Assembly: GCA_963834645.1 (NCBI GenBank)
Contig: CAWICP010000011.1
Span: 35,332-99,331 of the forward strand
Source of the DNA: an uncultured Acidobacteriota bacterium
Lineage (GTDB): Bacteria; Acidobacteriota; Vicinamibacteria; Vicinamibacterales; JAKQTR01
Direction: 5' to 3'
Length of the DNA stretch: 64,000 nucleotides
The notes beneath the pieces are model-generated. The model was given only the letters and a program-made list of their open reading frames with translations. It was not told where the DNA came from and searched no databases. How positions within the stretch are numbered: position 1 is the stretch's first letter; every line of letters starts with the position of its first letter. A program made the position numbers and the translations under genes. Positions 10,731 to 19,115 of the stretch are shown here, piece by piece.

Positions 10731-11656
10731 ATGCCAGCCAGCACGAAGTTCCACTGGAAAGTGTTCGTCAGCTTCTACGTCGTCTTCTCCTTCCTCGCGC
10801 TTGCGGTGTCGGGCATCGTGCTGTATGTCTCGCCGCCCGGACGCGTCGCCAACTGGTCCGTGTGGCGGCTGCTGCTGCTGACCAAGGCCCAGTGGCAGGC
10901 CGTGCACACGATTGTCGCCCTCGCGTTCCTCGTGGCGGGGGGCTTCCACGTCTACTTCAACTGGAAGGTGCTGGTCGCGTACCTCAAGTCGAAGCTGCAG
11001 GCAGGCCTGCGCATGAAGCGGGAACTCGCCGCGGCGTCGCTCACTGGCGTCGTGATCCTGGCCGCGTCGATGACGGGCGTGCCCCCGTTCGGCACCGTCA
11101 TGGACGTCGGCGAGGAGATCAAGAACTCGTGGTCCACCGCATCCAGCGAGCCGCCGGTGCCGCACGCCGAGCTGATGACGGTCGAAAAGCTCGCGGAGAC
11201 GTGAAGATCCCCGCCGAGAAGGTGCTGGCGAATCCTCGAGACGGTGAAGATCCGCGAGAAGGCGTGGCGATCGAGAAGCAGGGCGTGAAGGTGCCCAGCC
11301 GACCATGACGGTGCAGCAGATCGCGGACGAGAACACGCTGACGCCGCAGCAGGTCTACCAGAAGATCCAGAGCGAGGACGCGAAGCCGAAGGTCAGCCTG
11401 GCCGAGGGCGGAGGCTGGGGCCGCATGAACGTCCAGCAGGTGTGCGAACGCTTCAACGTGCCGCTCGACGCGGGCGTGGCGCGCCTCCAGGCCGCGGGCA
11501 TCGAGGCCTCAGCGACGACCACGATCCGCGAGCTGGCCACCGCTCGCGGCAAGACGCCCATCGACATCGCGAAGATCGTCGTCGGCGAGGACGGCACCGT
11601 GCCGTCGCCGGCGGAGCACCGGCCTGGCGCGAGTGCGAAACGGGCCGGGCGACTGA
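10731..11656 (+). CDS. DUF4405-type membrane protein with C-terminal helical repeats (assembly-damaged at 11200-11305; 3' end approximate)
   Basis: SGIVLYVSPPGRVANW..WQAVH..HVYFNWK..PPF; PPVPHAELMT; second repeat GGGWGRMNVQQVC. Confidence 0.7.
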
Positions 11657-11661
11657 CCGGG

Positions 11662-13167
11662 TCAGCTCCGGCCGTGATGTCCGGGGGCAGGTCGCTCGGG
11701 GCATCGCGGAACGCGCCGGCGAAAGCGCATGAGCGCGTAGGCATCGGCGAAGTTCGAGGCGAGGCCCAGCGACACCCGCATCGTGTTCGGGGCGTTGCCG
11801 GTCGAGGCGCGGAGCGTCTCGGCGCAGTCCTCGAAGGTCACCGGCGTGCAGGTGCCGCACGAAGCACTTCGCCATGTCGTCGCGGGTGATGCCGTGGGCG
11901 ACCTCGCCGTCGCCGGGGTTGCAGAAGCAGCCGGTCCGCAGCGAGATGCCCGCGCGGCTCGCGTAGGCCTCGACGGTGCGCACGTCGTAGGGCCTGCCGT
12001 CGGGGCGACCAGGTAGAACGCGATGGTCCCGCCGCGCCGGGTCAGGTCGGTCGGCCCGAACACCCGCGCCAGCGGCGATCCGTTCGAATGGGCCAGCGAC
12101 GTCGAGCTGTGTCAGCAGCCAGCCGGTCAGCGCCATCACCCGCTCGTGAATCAGTGTCGATCCCGATCGACGCCAGGTGTTCCAGGCCGATGGACACGGC
12201 CGGCAGGCCGAGGTAGTCGACGGTCCCGTCCTCGAACCCCGCGTGGCCGGGCGCGAGGTGGTGCCACCCCTCGCCCTGAACCGAGGCCACGCGTGATGGT
12301 CCCGCCGGCAAACCAGGGCCGGCGCAGCACGCCGCAGCGCCTCGTGCCGGTAGACCAGCGCGCCGATGCCGGTCGGGTAGCCGAACATCTTGTAGAACGA
12401 CAGCGGCACGAAGTCCGGCTTGACCGCGCGCGAGGTCGAGGCGGTTGGTCGGCGCGAAGGCCGCGCAGTCGAGGATGACGTGCCAGCCGCGCTCGTGCGC
12501 CCACGACACCCACTCCAGCGGGTGCTGCACGCCGCTGAAGTTCGACTGGGCAGGGATACGCGAACAGGTGCGGCGGCCAGCGGACGCTTCGCCCGAGCGC
12601 CTCGGACACGTCGTCTGCCGTCGACGCGCAGTTCGGGCGTCAGCACCGGCAGGTAGTGCGACGCTCGCCCGTGCGGCGGGCGAACTCGCGGATGCCGTTC
12701 ACCGAGTTGTGGTTGTCGTACGTCAGGAGGTAGCGCCCGCCCGGCTCGAACGGGATACGACTCGCCGACCAGCTTCAGCGCGCCGCTCGCGTTGGGGGTG
12801 AAGATCACGCCGTATTCCGCCGGGTCCGCGTTGAAGAACTTCAGGACGGCGGCCCGCGCGTCGTCGACGAGGCGCGCGGCGCGCCATCGAGGTCGGGATT
12901 GTCGGAGTGCGGGTTGCCGAGCACGCGGTTCAGCAGGAACTCCCGGTGGCGTGCGACCTGCGACGCCGCGTACAGACCAGCCCCGGTGTAGTCGAGGTAG
13001 ACATGCCCGAGGCGGTCGAGCCGTGCGTACTCGGTCTGCCTGAGGTGATCGAGCCTCGAGGTGGCGCTGTAGCCGGGAAACGCCGCCACAAACGCCTCAT
13101 AGCCCTGAGCCAGGGCACTCCCAGCCACGGGATGTCGCTCGACAGGGCCGGCCGGTGTGTCGTGCAT
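11662..13167 (-). CDS. class V PLP aminotransferase, molybdenum-cofactor sulfurase/cysteine desulfurase-like (multiple frameshifts)
   Basis: VYLDYTGAGLY, LGNPHS, IFTPNASGALKLVGESYP, VPLSFYKMFGYPTGIGAL, GFEDGT, ISLRTGCFCNPG, RVSLGLASN. Confidence 0.85.
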
Positions 13168-13234
13168 CGCTCTCGATCCCCGAATCCACTGTCATCGCCG
13201 CTCGCACACGCGGCCTCATCCGGTCGCGGTCCCG

Positions 13235-13606
13235 TCAGTGCGCCGGATGGCAGCAGCCCTCGACGCCACCCACCCCCGCGGCCGCGCCGGTCTCCAGCCC
13301 AATCTCCCCGTCGAGGAAGCGCCGAATGGCTGGCATCGACGGGGCCCTTCGACACCGAGCACGGGTTGGATGCCCGAGCCCAGCATGATCGACCGGGCGG
13401 TGGTTCCCATCGACCCGGCGATGACGACGCGAATCGAGTTGCGGACAGAAGAGGTCGGCCCAGTACCTGCGTGGTTCGTGCCGGGGTTCGGGATGAGCAG
13501 GGTCGACTGGACCCGTGCCGTCCTCGATGTCCACGATCGTGCAGAACGGGCAACAGCCGAATCCGGGCGCGACACAGTCGCGGTCCGTGGCGACGGCGAT
13601 CCTCAT
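13235..13606 (-). CDS. NifB/NifX family Fe-Mo cluster-binding protein (frameshifted)
   Basis: MRIAVATD..VAPGFGCCP..IVDIEDG, IPNPG, VIAGSMG, GIQPVLGVEG, C-terminal GCCH. Confidence 0.7.
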   Translation of the reverse strand: MRIAVATDRDCVAPGFGCCPFCTIVDIEDGTGPVDPAHPEPRHEPRRYWADLFCPQLDSRRHRRVDGNHRPVDHAGLGHPTRARCRRAPSMPAIRRFLDGEIGLETGAAAGVGGVEGCCHPAH

Positions 13607-14232
13607 GGGACGTCCTTCCTGGGGGACGATCGGCCGCGGTCGACCCGCGGTCGCTTCGATGGCCTGGCGACGGCCGCCTGGATCAGCGAGCGGTCGCCGC
13701 CGGGCCGGCATTCGGCGCAGAGGCCGAGGAATTCGATGTTGTGGTCCCGGATCAGGAAGCCGTGCTTTCTGGCGAGCCGCTCCTCCGTCCGCCGGACGAG
13801 GCTGAGTTCCTCGGACTCGAAGTCTCTGTAGTTGATGATGCGGCGGCAGGCGGTGCAGATGAGGTGGTGGTGGTGATCCTCGCGGTCCCCGCGTCGGTAC
13901 TCGAAGCGCACGTCGCCGCATCCGGACACACGCCGGATCAGCCCGGCTGCGTCCAGCAGATCGATCGTGCGGTAGACGGTCGTCAGGCCGATGTCGGGGT
14001 TCGACGCGCGGAGGCGCGCGAAGATGTCCATCGCGCTCAGGTGCTCCTGCGTGCCGACGAGGATATTGAACACGTCGTCGCGCGGGCCGGTCCACCGCGC
14101 GCAATGCGATTCCAGCCCGTCGGGCGCCGCCCGGCGCCGTCCTCCCGCCGTGGGCCTGGCCCGTTCCGGACCTGGCGGCCCTGGGTCTGGCGTCTTCGGC
14201 GAGCGGGAGAGGGCGTTCATGCGCGTGGTCAT
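13603..14232 (-). CDS. Fur family transcriptional regulator
   Basis: HLSAMDIF..IGLTTVYRTIDLL, DHHHHLICTAC, HNIEFLGLCAEC. Confidence 0.9.
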   Translation of the reverse strand: MTTRMNALSRSPKTPDPGPPGPERARPTAGGRRRAAPDGLESHCARWTGPRDDVFNILVGTQEHLSAMDIFARLRASNPDIGLTTVYRTIDLLDAAGLIRRVSGCGDVRFEYRRGDREDHHHHLICTACRRIINYRDFESEELSLVRRTEERLARKHGFLIRDHNIEFLGLCAECRPGGDRSLIQAAVARPSKRPRVDRGRSSPRKDVP

Positions 14233-14270
14233 GCGTGACGCGTCCGCGCGGCCTGTGCACTGTTGAGTAA

Positions 14271-14285
14271 CGACAATCATTTTCA
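14271..14285. promoter_or_regulatory. Fur-box-like operator in the Fur/peroxiredoxin divergent region
   Basis: CGACAAT-C-ATTTTCA versus 7-1-7 TGATAAT-N-ATTATCA in a short AT-rich patch. Confidence 0.6.
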
Positions 14286-14413
14286 ATATGATCATAGCCG
14301 CCGGGCCGAGGCGCGTCAACCGCGCCGCGGCGCCGGCTTGACCGGGCACCCGTTTGGGGTATCCTCTTGACGTCCCCCGCCCGTCACCCACGCCCCCGGC
14401 ACCAGGAGGATAG

Positions 14414-15133
14414 ATGGCAGACCCACCCGCCGGTTGCGCCCGCACGACGGGCGCGGTCGTAGGCGAAAAGCCGGCGACAGCCCCGTCGACCGAATCCCCG
14501 CAGCCCCAGAAGGAGACTCTGCGTATGAGCGCCCGCGTCGGACAGAAAGCACCCGATTTCGAGGCTCCCGCCTATTACAAAGGCTCGTTCACGAACGTCA
14601 AGCTCTCGAACTACCTCGGCAAGTGGGTCCTGCTCTGTTTCTACCCCGGTGACTTCACCTTCGTTTGAGCGACGGAAGTGTCGGCGGTCGCCGACAAGTA
14701 CGCCGCGCTGCAGGAACTGGGCGTCGAGGTTCTCTCGGTCAGCGTCGACAGCCACTTCGTCCACAAGATGTGGAACGACCACGAGCTGGTGAAGATGGTC
14801 GACGGCGGCGTGCCGTTTCACATGGTGGCCGATCAGGCCGGCAACGTCGGCCGGGCCTTCGGCGTGTGGGATGAGAACCAGGGCATTGAGCTGCGCGGCC
14901 GCTTCATCATCGATCCGGATGGCGTGATTCAGGCGATGGAAGTCCTGACGCCGCCCGTGGGCCGCAAGTTCGCGGAGTCCATCCGTCAGATCAAGGCGTT
15001 CCAGCACGTCCGCGCCAGCAAGGGCACGGAGGCGACGCCCGCGGGGTGGGAACCCGGGCAACTGACCCTCAAGCCGGGACCTGATCTGGTCGGGAACGTC
15101 TGGAAGGTCTGGCAGCCGAAGATGGAGAAATAG
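14414..15133 (+). CDS. prxU: selenocysteine-containing peroxiredoxin (PrxU); UGA at 14666-14668 read as Sec
   Basis: SD AGGAGG; [16 protein letters not shown] places UGA at the peroxidatic Cys; downstream ORF 14678..15133 is in frame ([17 protein letters not shown]). Confidence 0.92.
14679..14696 (+). ncRNA. bacterial SECIS-like hairpin of prxU
   Basis: TGTCGGC-GGTC-GCCGACA, 7-bp stem starting 10 nt after the UGA, G-rich apical loop. Confidence 0.75.
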
Positions 15134-15214
15134 CGGCCGCCCGAAGCGGGCGCCTCGTGCGATCACACGGTAGGGCCGGCACTGCGTCGGCCCTTTCCAT
15201 CTCACGCATCCCGC

Positions 15215-15592
15215 TCAACTCTGACGTCGGCCCGGGCCGGAGCAGCCCCTGACAGGCCGCGAGGATGCACCACCCAGTTGGCCCGACGTGAACCGCTTGA
15301 TCACCTCGGTAACAGTCCCGCTGCAGTCCACGAACACCTCGATGCCGGCGGCACCGAGCGTCTCGTGCGCGTTGGGGCCACAGTTGCCGGTCAGCACGGC
15401 CCTGGCGCCCCGCTGCGCCATCAGTTGCGCCGACCGGGTACCGGCACCAGCGCCCAGGCGCTGCCCGGTGTTCTCGACGACCTCGAAGGCCATCGTGTCT
15501 GTCTCGACGAGCAGGAAGCACGCACACCTGCCGAACCGGGGCTCCACGGCCGCGTCGAGAGATCGGCCCGTGGCCGTCACCGCGACTCTCAT
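15215..15592 (-). CDS. NifB/NifX family Fe-Mo cluster-binding protein
   Basis: MRVAVTATGRSLDAAVEPRFGRC, GAGAGTRSAQ, VLTGNCGPNA, GIEVF. Confidence 0.88.
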   Translation of the reverse strand: MRVAVTATGRSLDAAVEPRFGRCACFLLVETDTMAFEVVENTGQRLGAGAGTRSAQLMAQRGARAVLTGNCGPNAHETLGAAGIEVFVDCSGTVTEVIKRFTSGQLGGASSRPVRGCSGPGRRQS

Positions 15593-15650
15593 CGTCGGTG
15601 CCTTCCCGGGAGTCGACGTGCCGTTGCCGATGATGTGCATTCGCATGGGT

Positions 15651-15833
15651 TCAGCGCGGCTCCTTGAGCCCCGCGCAGAAGGAGACGCCCAGGCGATGCG
15701 GACCGGGAACGAGGGCCGACGGGCAGAACGGCGGCTCCTGTTCGTCGGGAGCGCGGCAGGCCTTGTCCTTCACGGCGCACCTGGCGCACTCGGGGACGCC
15801 GCGGGGGCCCGGTCCGGTCTCTGCTGTCTTCAT
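15651..15833 (-). pseudogene. internally deleted DUF1847-like metal-binding protein remnant
   Basis: ECARCAVKDKAC..PPFCPS joined directly to LGVSFCAGLKE, two segments normally far apart in that family (recalled pattern). Confidence 0.45.
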
Positions 15834-16065
15834 CCCTGCGTCCTGATTACGAGGCCCAGCAGCATCGCCGAGTATCCAAGGACGAGCCCGGCGACGACGT
15901 TGATGGCCTTCACGCGAGGAAACTCGAGGCGCGACTCCGCGAGCAGCACCGAGAACGGGAGGCACGCCGCCCGCATACAGGGTCGCGAAGACCAGGTGCG
16001 GACCGGATTCCGGGATGACGCCGACGTCAACGGCGACGAGCAGCATGACCGCCACGAAGTCCCCT
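15830..16065 (-). pseudogene. C-terminal remnant of a putative manganese transporter (DUF2899-like)
   Basis: VGVIPESGPHLVFATLY..PFSVLLAES..VKAINVVAGLVLG across two frames; N-terminal bulk absent. Confidence 0.5.
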
Positions 16066-16108
16066 TTTGCGTTGTGGCGCGACCGGAATCGTGTGACCGA
16101 ACGTAATA

Positions 16109-16137
16109 AGCATATGCTCACAATAAGACGGCGTCAA
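16109..16137 (-). promoter_or_regulatory. sigma-70 promoter (leftward) overlapped by AGCATATGCT palindrome
   Basis: Minus strand TTGACG-17 bp-TATGCT; operator GAGCATATGCT covers the -10. Confidence 0.75.
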
Positions 16138-16258
16138 TTCCCTCCGCCACCAAAGGCTTCCGCTTGCACACATGGCATCTGTACGCGCGACAATCAGCCA
16201 TGGAGTGGGTGGCCAAGCGCGGCCGCCGAGACGTTCGCGGTGGCGAGTCCACGCGCGA

Positions 16259-16288
16259 TTGACACGACGTCATTATGAGCATATGCTC
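16259..16288 (+). promoter_or_regulatory. sigma-70 promoter (rightward) overlapped by GAGCATATGCTC palindrome
   Basis: TTGACA (16259-64), 17 bp, TATGCT (16282-87); perfect palindrome 16277-16288. Confidence 0.8.
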
Positions 16289-16296
16289 TCAGCTGC

Positions 16297-16722
16297 ATGC
16301 CGCGCCCGCCGCTTCCCCGTCGTGTCTGCTGCCAGCTGAACGGCCTGGGCTTCAGGCCCATCGGCGCCGCGGCGGCCAAGGCCGACGCGCTGCGGATCGG
16401 CGTCGACGAACTGGAGGCCATCCGGCTCGCCGACATCGAGGGCCTCTACCAGGATGCGGCGGCGGAACGGATGGGCGTCTCGCGCCAGACCTACGCCCGC
16501 ATCCTGAACCGCGCCAGGACGGCCGTCGCGCGCAGCCTCGTCGAGCAGAAGATGCTGTTTGTCGGAGATGCGGCCTCCGAGGCGATTCTCGATCACGCGC
16601 CAGCACGGACCGACTGCCCTGTGCACGGCGGGCCCAGGCGTCACGGCCGGGCCTGCCACTGCGCGGCTAGCGAAGCGGAGACGCCGGCGCCATACCTGGG
16701 ATGCCGGCACGGCACGTCATGA
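16297..16722 (+). CDS. DUF134 family predicted DNA-binding protein
   Basis: MPRP..R.V, DELEAIRLADIEGLYQDAAAERMGVSRQTYARIL..AR..VA; Cys/His C-terminal tail. Confidence 0.92.
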   Translation: MPRPPLPRRVCCQLNGLGFRPIGAAAAKADALRIGVDELEAIRLADIEGLYQDAAAERMGVSRQTYARILNRARTAVARSLVEQKMLFVGDAASEAILDHAPARTDCPVHGGPRRHGRACHCAASEAETPAPYLGCRHGTS

Positions 16723-16760
16723 GCCATTCACCTCGCATTCATCCAGGAGCCTGACCAGTC

Positions 16761-17132
16761 ATGCAAATCTGCATTCCCGTTCTCGAGGACCGCGGCCTCG
16801 ACAGCCAGGTATCGGCTCACTTCGGGTCGGCGCCCGGGCTTCATGATCGTCGACACGGAGTCCGGCAACGCGCGGTTGATCGGCAACAGCAACCAGCATC
16901 ACGCCCACGGCATGTGCCAGCCGCTGGCCGCCCTCGCGGGCGAAACGGTGGAGGGTATCGTCGTCGGCGGGATCGGCATGGGGGCGCTGATGAAGCTCCA
17001 GGCTGCCGGCATCACGGTGTACCGCGCGATGCATCCGACAGTCGGCGAAACCCTGGCCGCCTTCACGGCGGGAGTCTTCAGCCCATCGACCAGCGCGGGG
17101 CGTGCGCCGGGCATGGCCACCACCACGCCTGA
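16761..17132 (+). CDS. NifB/NifX family Fe-Mo cluster-binding protein (compensating frameshifts)
   Basis: MQICIPV.EDRGLDS.VSAHFGSAP, NQHHAHGMCQP, VVGGIGMGA..KLQAAGITVY, C-terminal ACAGHGHHH. Confidence 0.85.
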   Translation: MQICIPVLEDRGLDSQVSAHFGSAPGLHDRRHGVRQRAVDRQQQPASRPRHVPAAGRPRGRNGGGYRRRRDRHGGADEAPGCRHHGVPRDASDSRRNPGRLHGGSLQPIDQRGACAGHGHHHA

Positions 17133-17139
17133 CGCCGGC

Positions 17140-17328
17140 ATGCCGCTGACCACGGAAGAGCTGGCGCAGGCGAAGGCGCACTTCTGGAGCCGCACGATGG
17201 ACCCCCGTATCCGAACGACCTGCCTGCACTGCCCGCCCGACCCCGAGGCCGGCGGCCACTGCGGGTGGGAATTCCACGTCGCCGGCGACGCGCAGGCGTC
17301 CGGCGCGGAGCAACAGGAGCAACGATGA
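17140..17328 (+). pseudogene. short Cys-containing ORF resembling the C-terminus of DUF6125 proteins
   Basis: MDPRIRTTCLHCPPD..HCGWEF; only 62 aa. Confidence 0.4.
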
Positions 17329-18509
17329 GCGCGAAGGCACTCGGCATCAACAGCAAACTCGTGCACGGCGGCTACCACCCCGATTCGACGGGTGCCGTCA
17401 ACGTGCCCATCTACCAGAGCTCCACCTTCGCGTTCCGTGACGCGGCCCATGGGGCCACGCTCTTCGCGGGGAAGGAGAAAGGCTACATCTACACGCGGAT
17501 CGGGAACCCGACCATCGCGGCATTCGAAGAGAGCGTCGCCTCGCTCGAGAACGGCGTGGGCGGCATCGCCACCAGTTCCGGCCTCGGCGCCGTCAACACG
17601 CTGTACATGGCGATGCTCGGGCAGGGCGCGCACATGGTGAGCACCGCGGCGGTGTACGGGCCCAGCCGGGGCCTCGTGGAAAAGCACTTCTCGCGGTTCG
17701 GAACGGAAGCGTCCTTCGTCGACACCTCGGACATCGACAACCTGCGGCGGGCCATGCGCCCGTCCACGCGGCTGGTCTTCGTGGAGTCGCCGTCCAACCC
17801 GGCGATGCAGGTGACGGACATCCAGGCGGCCGCGGCCATCGCCCACGAGCACGGGAGCCTGCTGGCCGTGGACAACACGTTCGCCAGCCCGTATCTCCAG
17901 CGGCCGCTGGACCTGGGCGCGGACATCGTGCTGCACTCGATCACGAAGTTCATCAACGGCCACGCCGACGTCGTGGGCGGCGTCCTGGTGGCGAAGGACG
18001 CCGCGGTCTACGCGCGGTTGCGGGAGGTGATGGTGATCACGGGGTGCAACATGGATCCCCACCAGGCGTACCTCGTGCTCCGCGGCCTCAAGACGCTCGG
18101 CCTTCGCGTGGAGCGCGCCCAGCAGAGCGCCGGCGTGATCGCGCGGTGGCTGGAATCCCATCCGAAGGTCCAGAGCGTCCGCTACATCGGCCTCCCCTCC
18201 CATCCCCAGCACGAGCTCGCGAGCCGGCAGATGAGCGGATTCGGGTCCATGATCGGCTTCGAGCTCAAGGGCGGCCTCGACGCGGGGCGCATCGTCATGG
18301 ACCGGGTCCGGCTCGCGACGCTGGCGGTGTCGCTGGGCGGCGTGGAGACCCTGATCGAGCACCCCGCCTCGATGACGCATGCCGCCATGTCGAAGGAGGC
18401 GCGCGATGCGGCAGGCTTCACCGACGGCCTCGTGCGCTACGCCGTGGGCATCGAGGACGTCGAGGATCTCATCGCGGATCTCGATCAGGCGCTGAACGCG
18501 ATCCCCTGA
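17325..18509 (+). CDS. megL: methionine gamma-lyase / trans-sulfuration PLP enzyme
   Basis: PIYQSSTF, YIYTRIGNPT, ESPSNP, VDNTFASP, HSITKFINGHADV, LAVSLGGVETLIEHPASMTH. Confidence 0.85.
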   Translation: MSAKALGINSKLVHGGYHPDSTGAVNVPIYQSSTFAFRDAAHGATLFAGKEKGYIYTRIGNPTIAAFEESVASLENGVGGIATSSGLGAVNTLYMAMLGQGAHMVSTAAVYGPSRGLVEKHFSRFGTEASFVDTSDIDNLRRAMRPSTRLVFVESPSNPAMQVTDIQAAAAIAHEHGSLLAVDNTFASPYLQRPLDLGADIVLHSITKFINGHADVVGGVLVAKDAAVYARLREVMVITGCNMDPHQAYLVLRGLKTLGLRVERAQQSAGVIARWLESHPKVQSVRYIGLPSHPQHELASRQMSGFGSMIGFELKGGLDAGRIVMDRVRLATLAVSLGGVETLIEHPASMTHAAMSKEARDAAGFTDGLVRYAVGIEDVEDLIADLDQALNAIP

Positions 18510-18590
18510 CGGCGGCGCGCAGGGCGTCGCAGCGTGCGGGGGACCAGGCAGCCGGAAGCGCCTGACAGGTACCCCCGCCGGAGGACATCC

Positions 18591-19036
18591 ATGAACAACC
18601 CGGTTCGGATCGGCATCATCATCTGCGACCGGTATCACACCTGCGCGGGGGCAAGTGCCTGCGCGCGGTGCGCGCTCGCGAGGGCGCGTTCGCCGCGTAC
18701 AAGGATCGCGAGGTCGAGCTGGTCGGCTACACCACGTGCGGCGGCTGCCCCGGCGGGAACATCGAGGACGCGCCGGAGGAGATGAAGAAGAACGGCGCGG
18801 AGGTGGTGCACCTGGCGACGGGGATGCTGGTCGGCTATCCGCCCTGCCCGCACATCGAGGCGTTCCGCCGCTTCATCCCCGAGAAGTACGGGATGGAGGT
18901 CGTCGTCGGCACGCATCCGATTCCGCAGAAGTACTTCCTGACGCACGCGCAGCTCGGCAGCTGGCAGGGCGATGAATGGACGCCGCTCCTGGAGCCGACG
19001 CTGGCCGACGAGGCGACCCGCCTGGCGTACGACTGA
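18591..19036 (+). CDS. CGGC domain protein (frameshift near 18650)
   Basis: IGIIICDRYHTCAG.., TTCGGCPG, VHLATG..VGYPPCP, VVVGTH. Confidence 0.88.
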
Positions 19037-19060
19037 CCCGCGGCACCCTCGCGCAGAGAC

Positions 19061-19094
19061 ACGAAGGGCCGGCAGACAGCTGCCGGCCCTTCGT
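19061..19094. terminator. hairpin between convergent genes, probable bidirectional terminator
   Basis: ACGAAGGGCCGGCAG-ACAG-CTGCCGGCCCTTCGT, 15-bp stem. Confidence 0.75.
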
Positions 19095-19115
19095 CAACTT
19101 CAGCTGATCGACGGC

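Noticed and set aside
11198-11282. Imperfect tandem duplication GTGAAGATCC..GAGAAGG
   Set aside because: Looks like a consensus error in a noisy region rather than a biological repeat
13235-17132. Nitrogen fixation inferred from NifB/NifX domains
   Set aside because: No nifHDK or nifEN in the window; these small domains are widespread in non-diazotrophs
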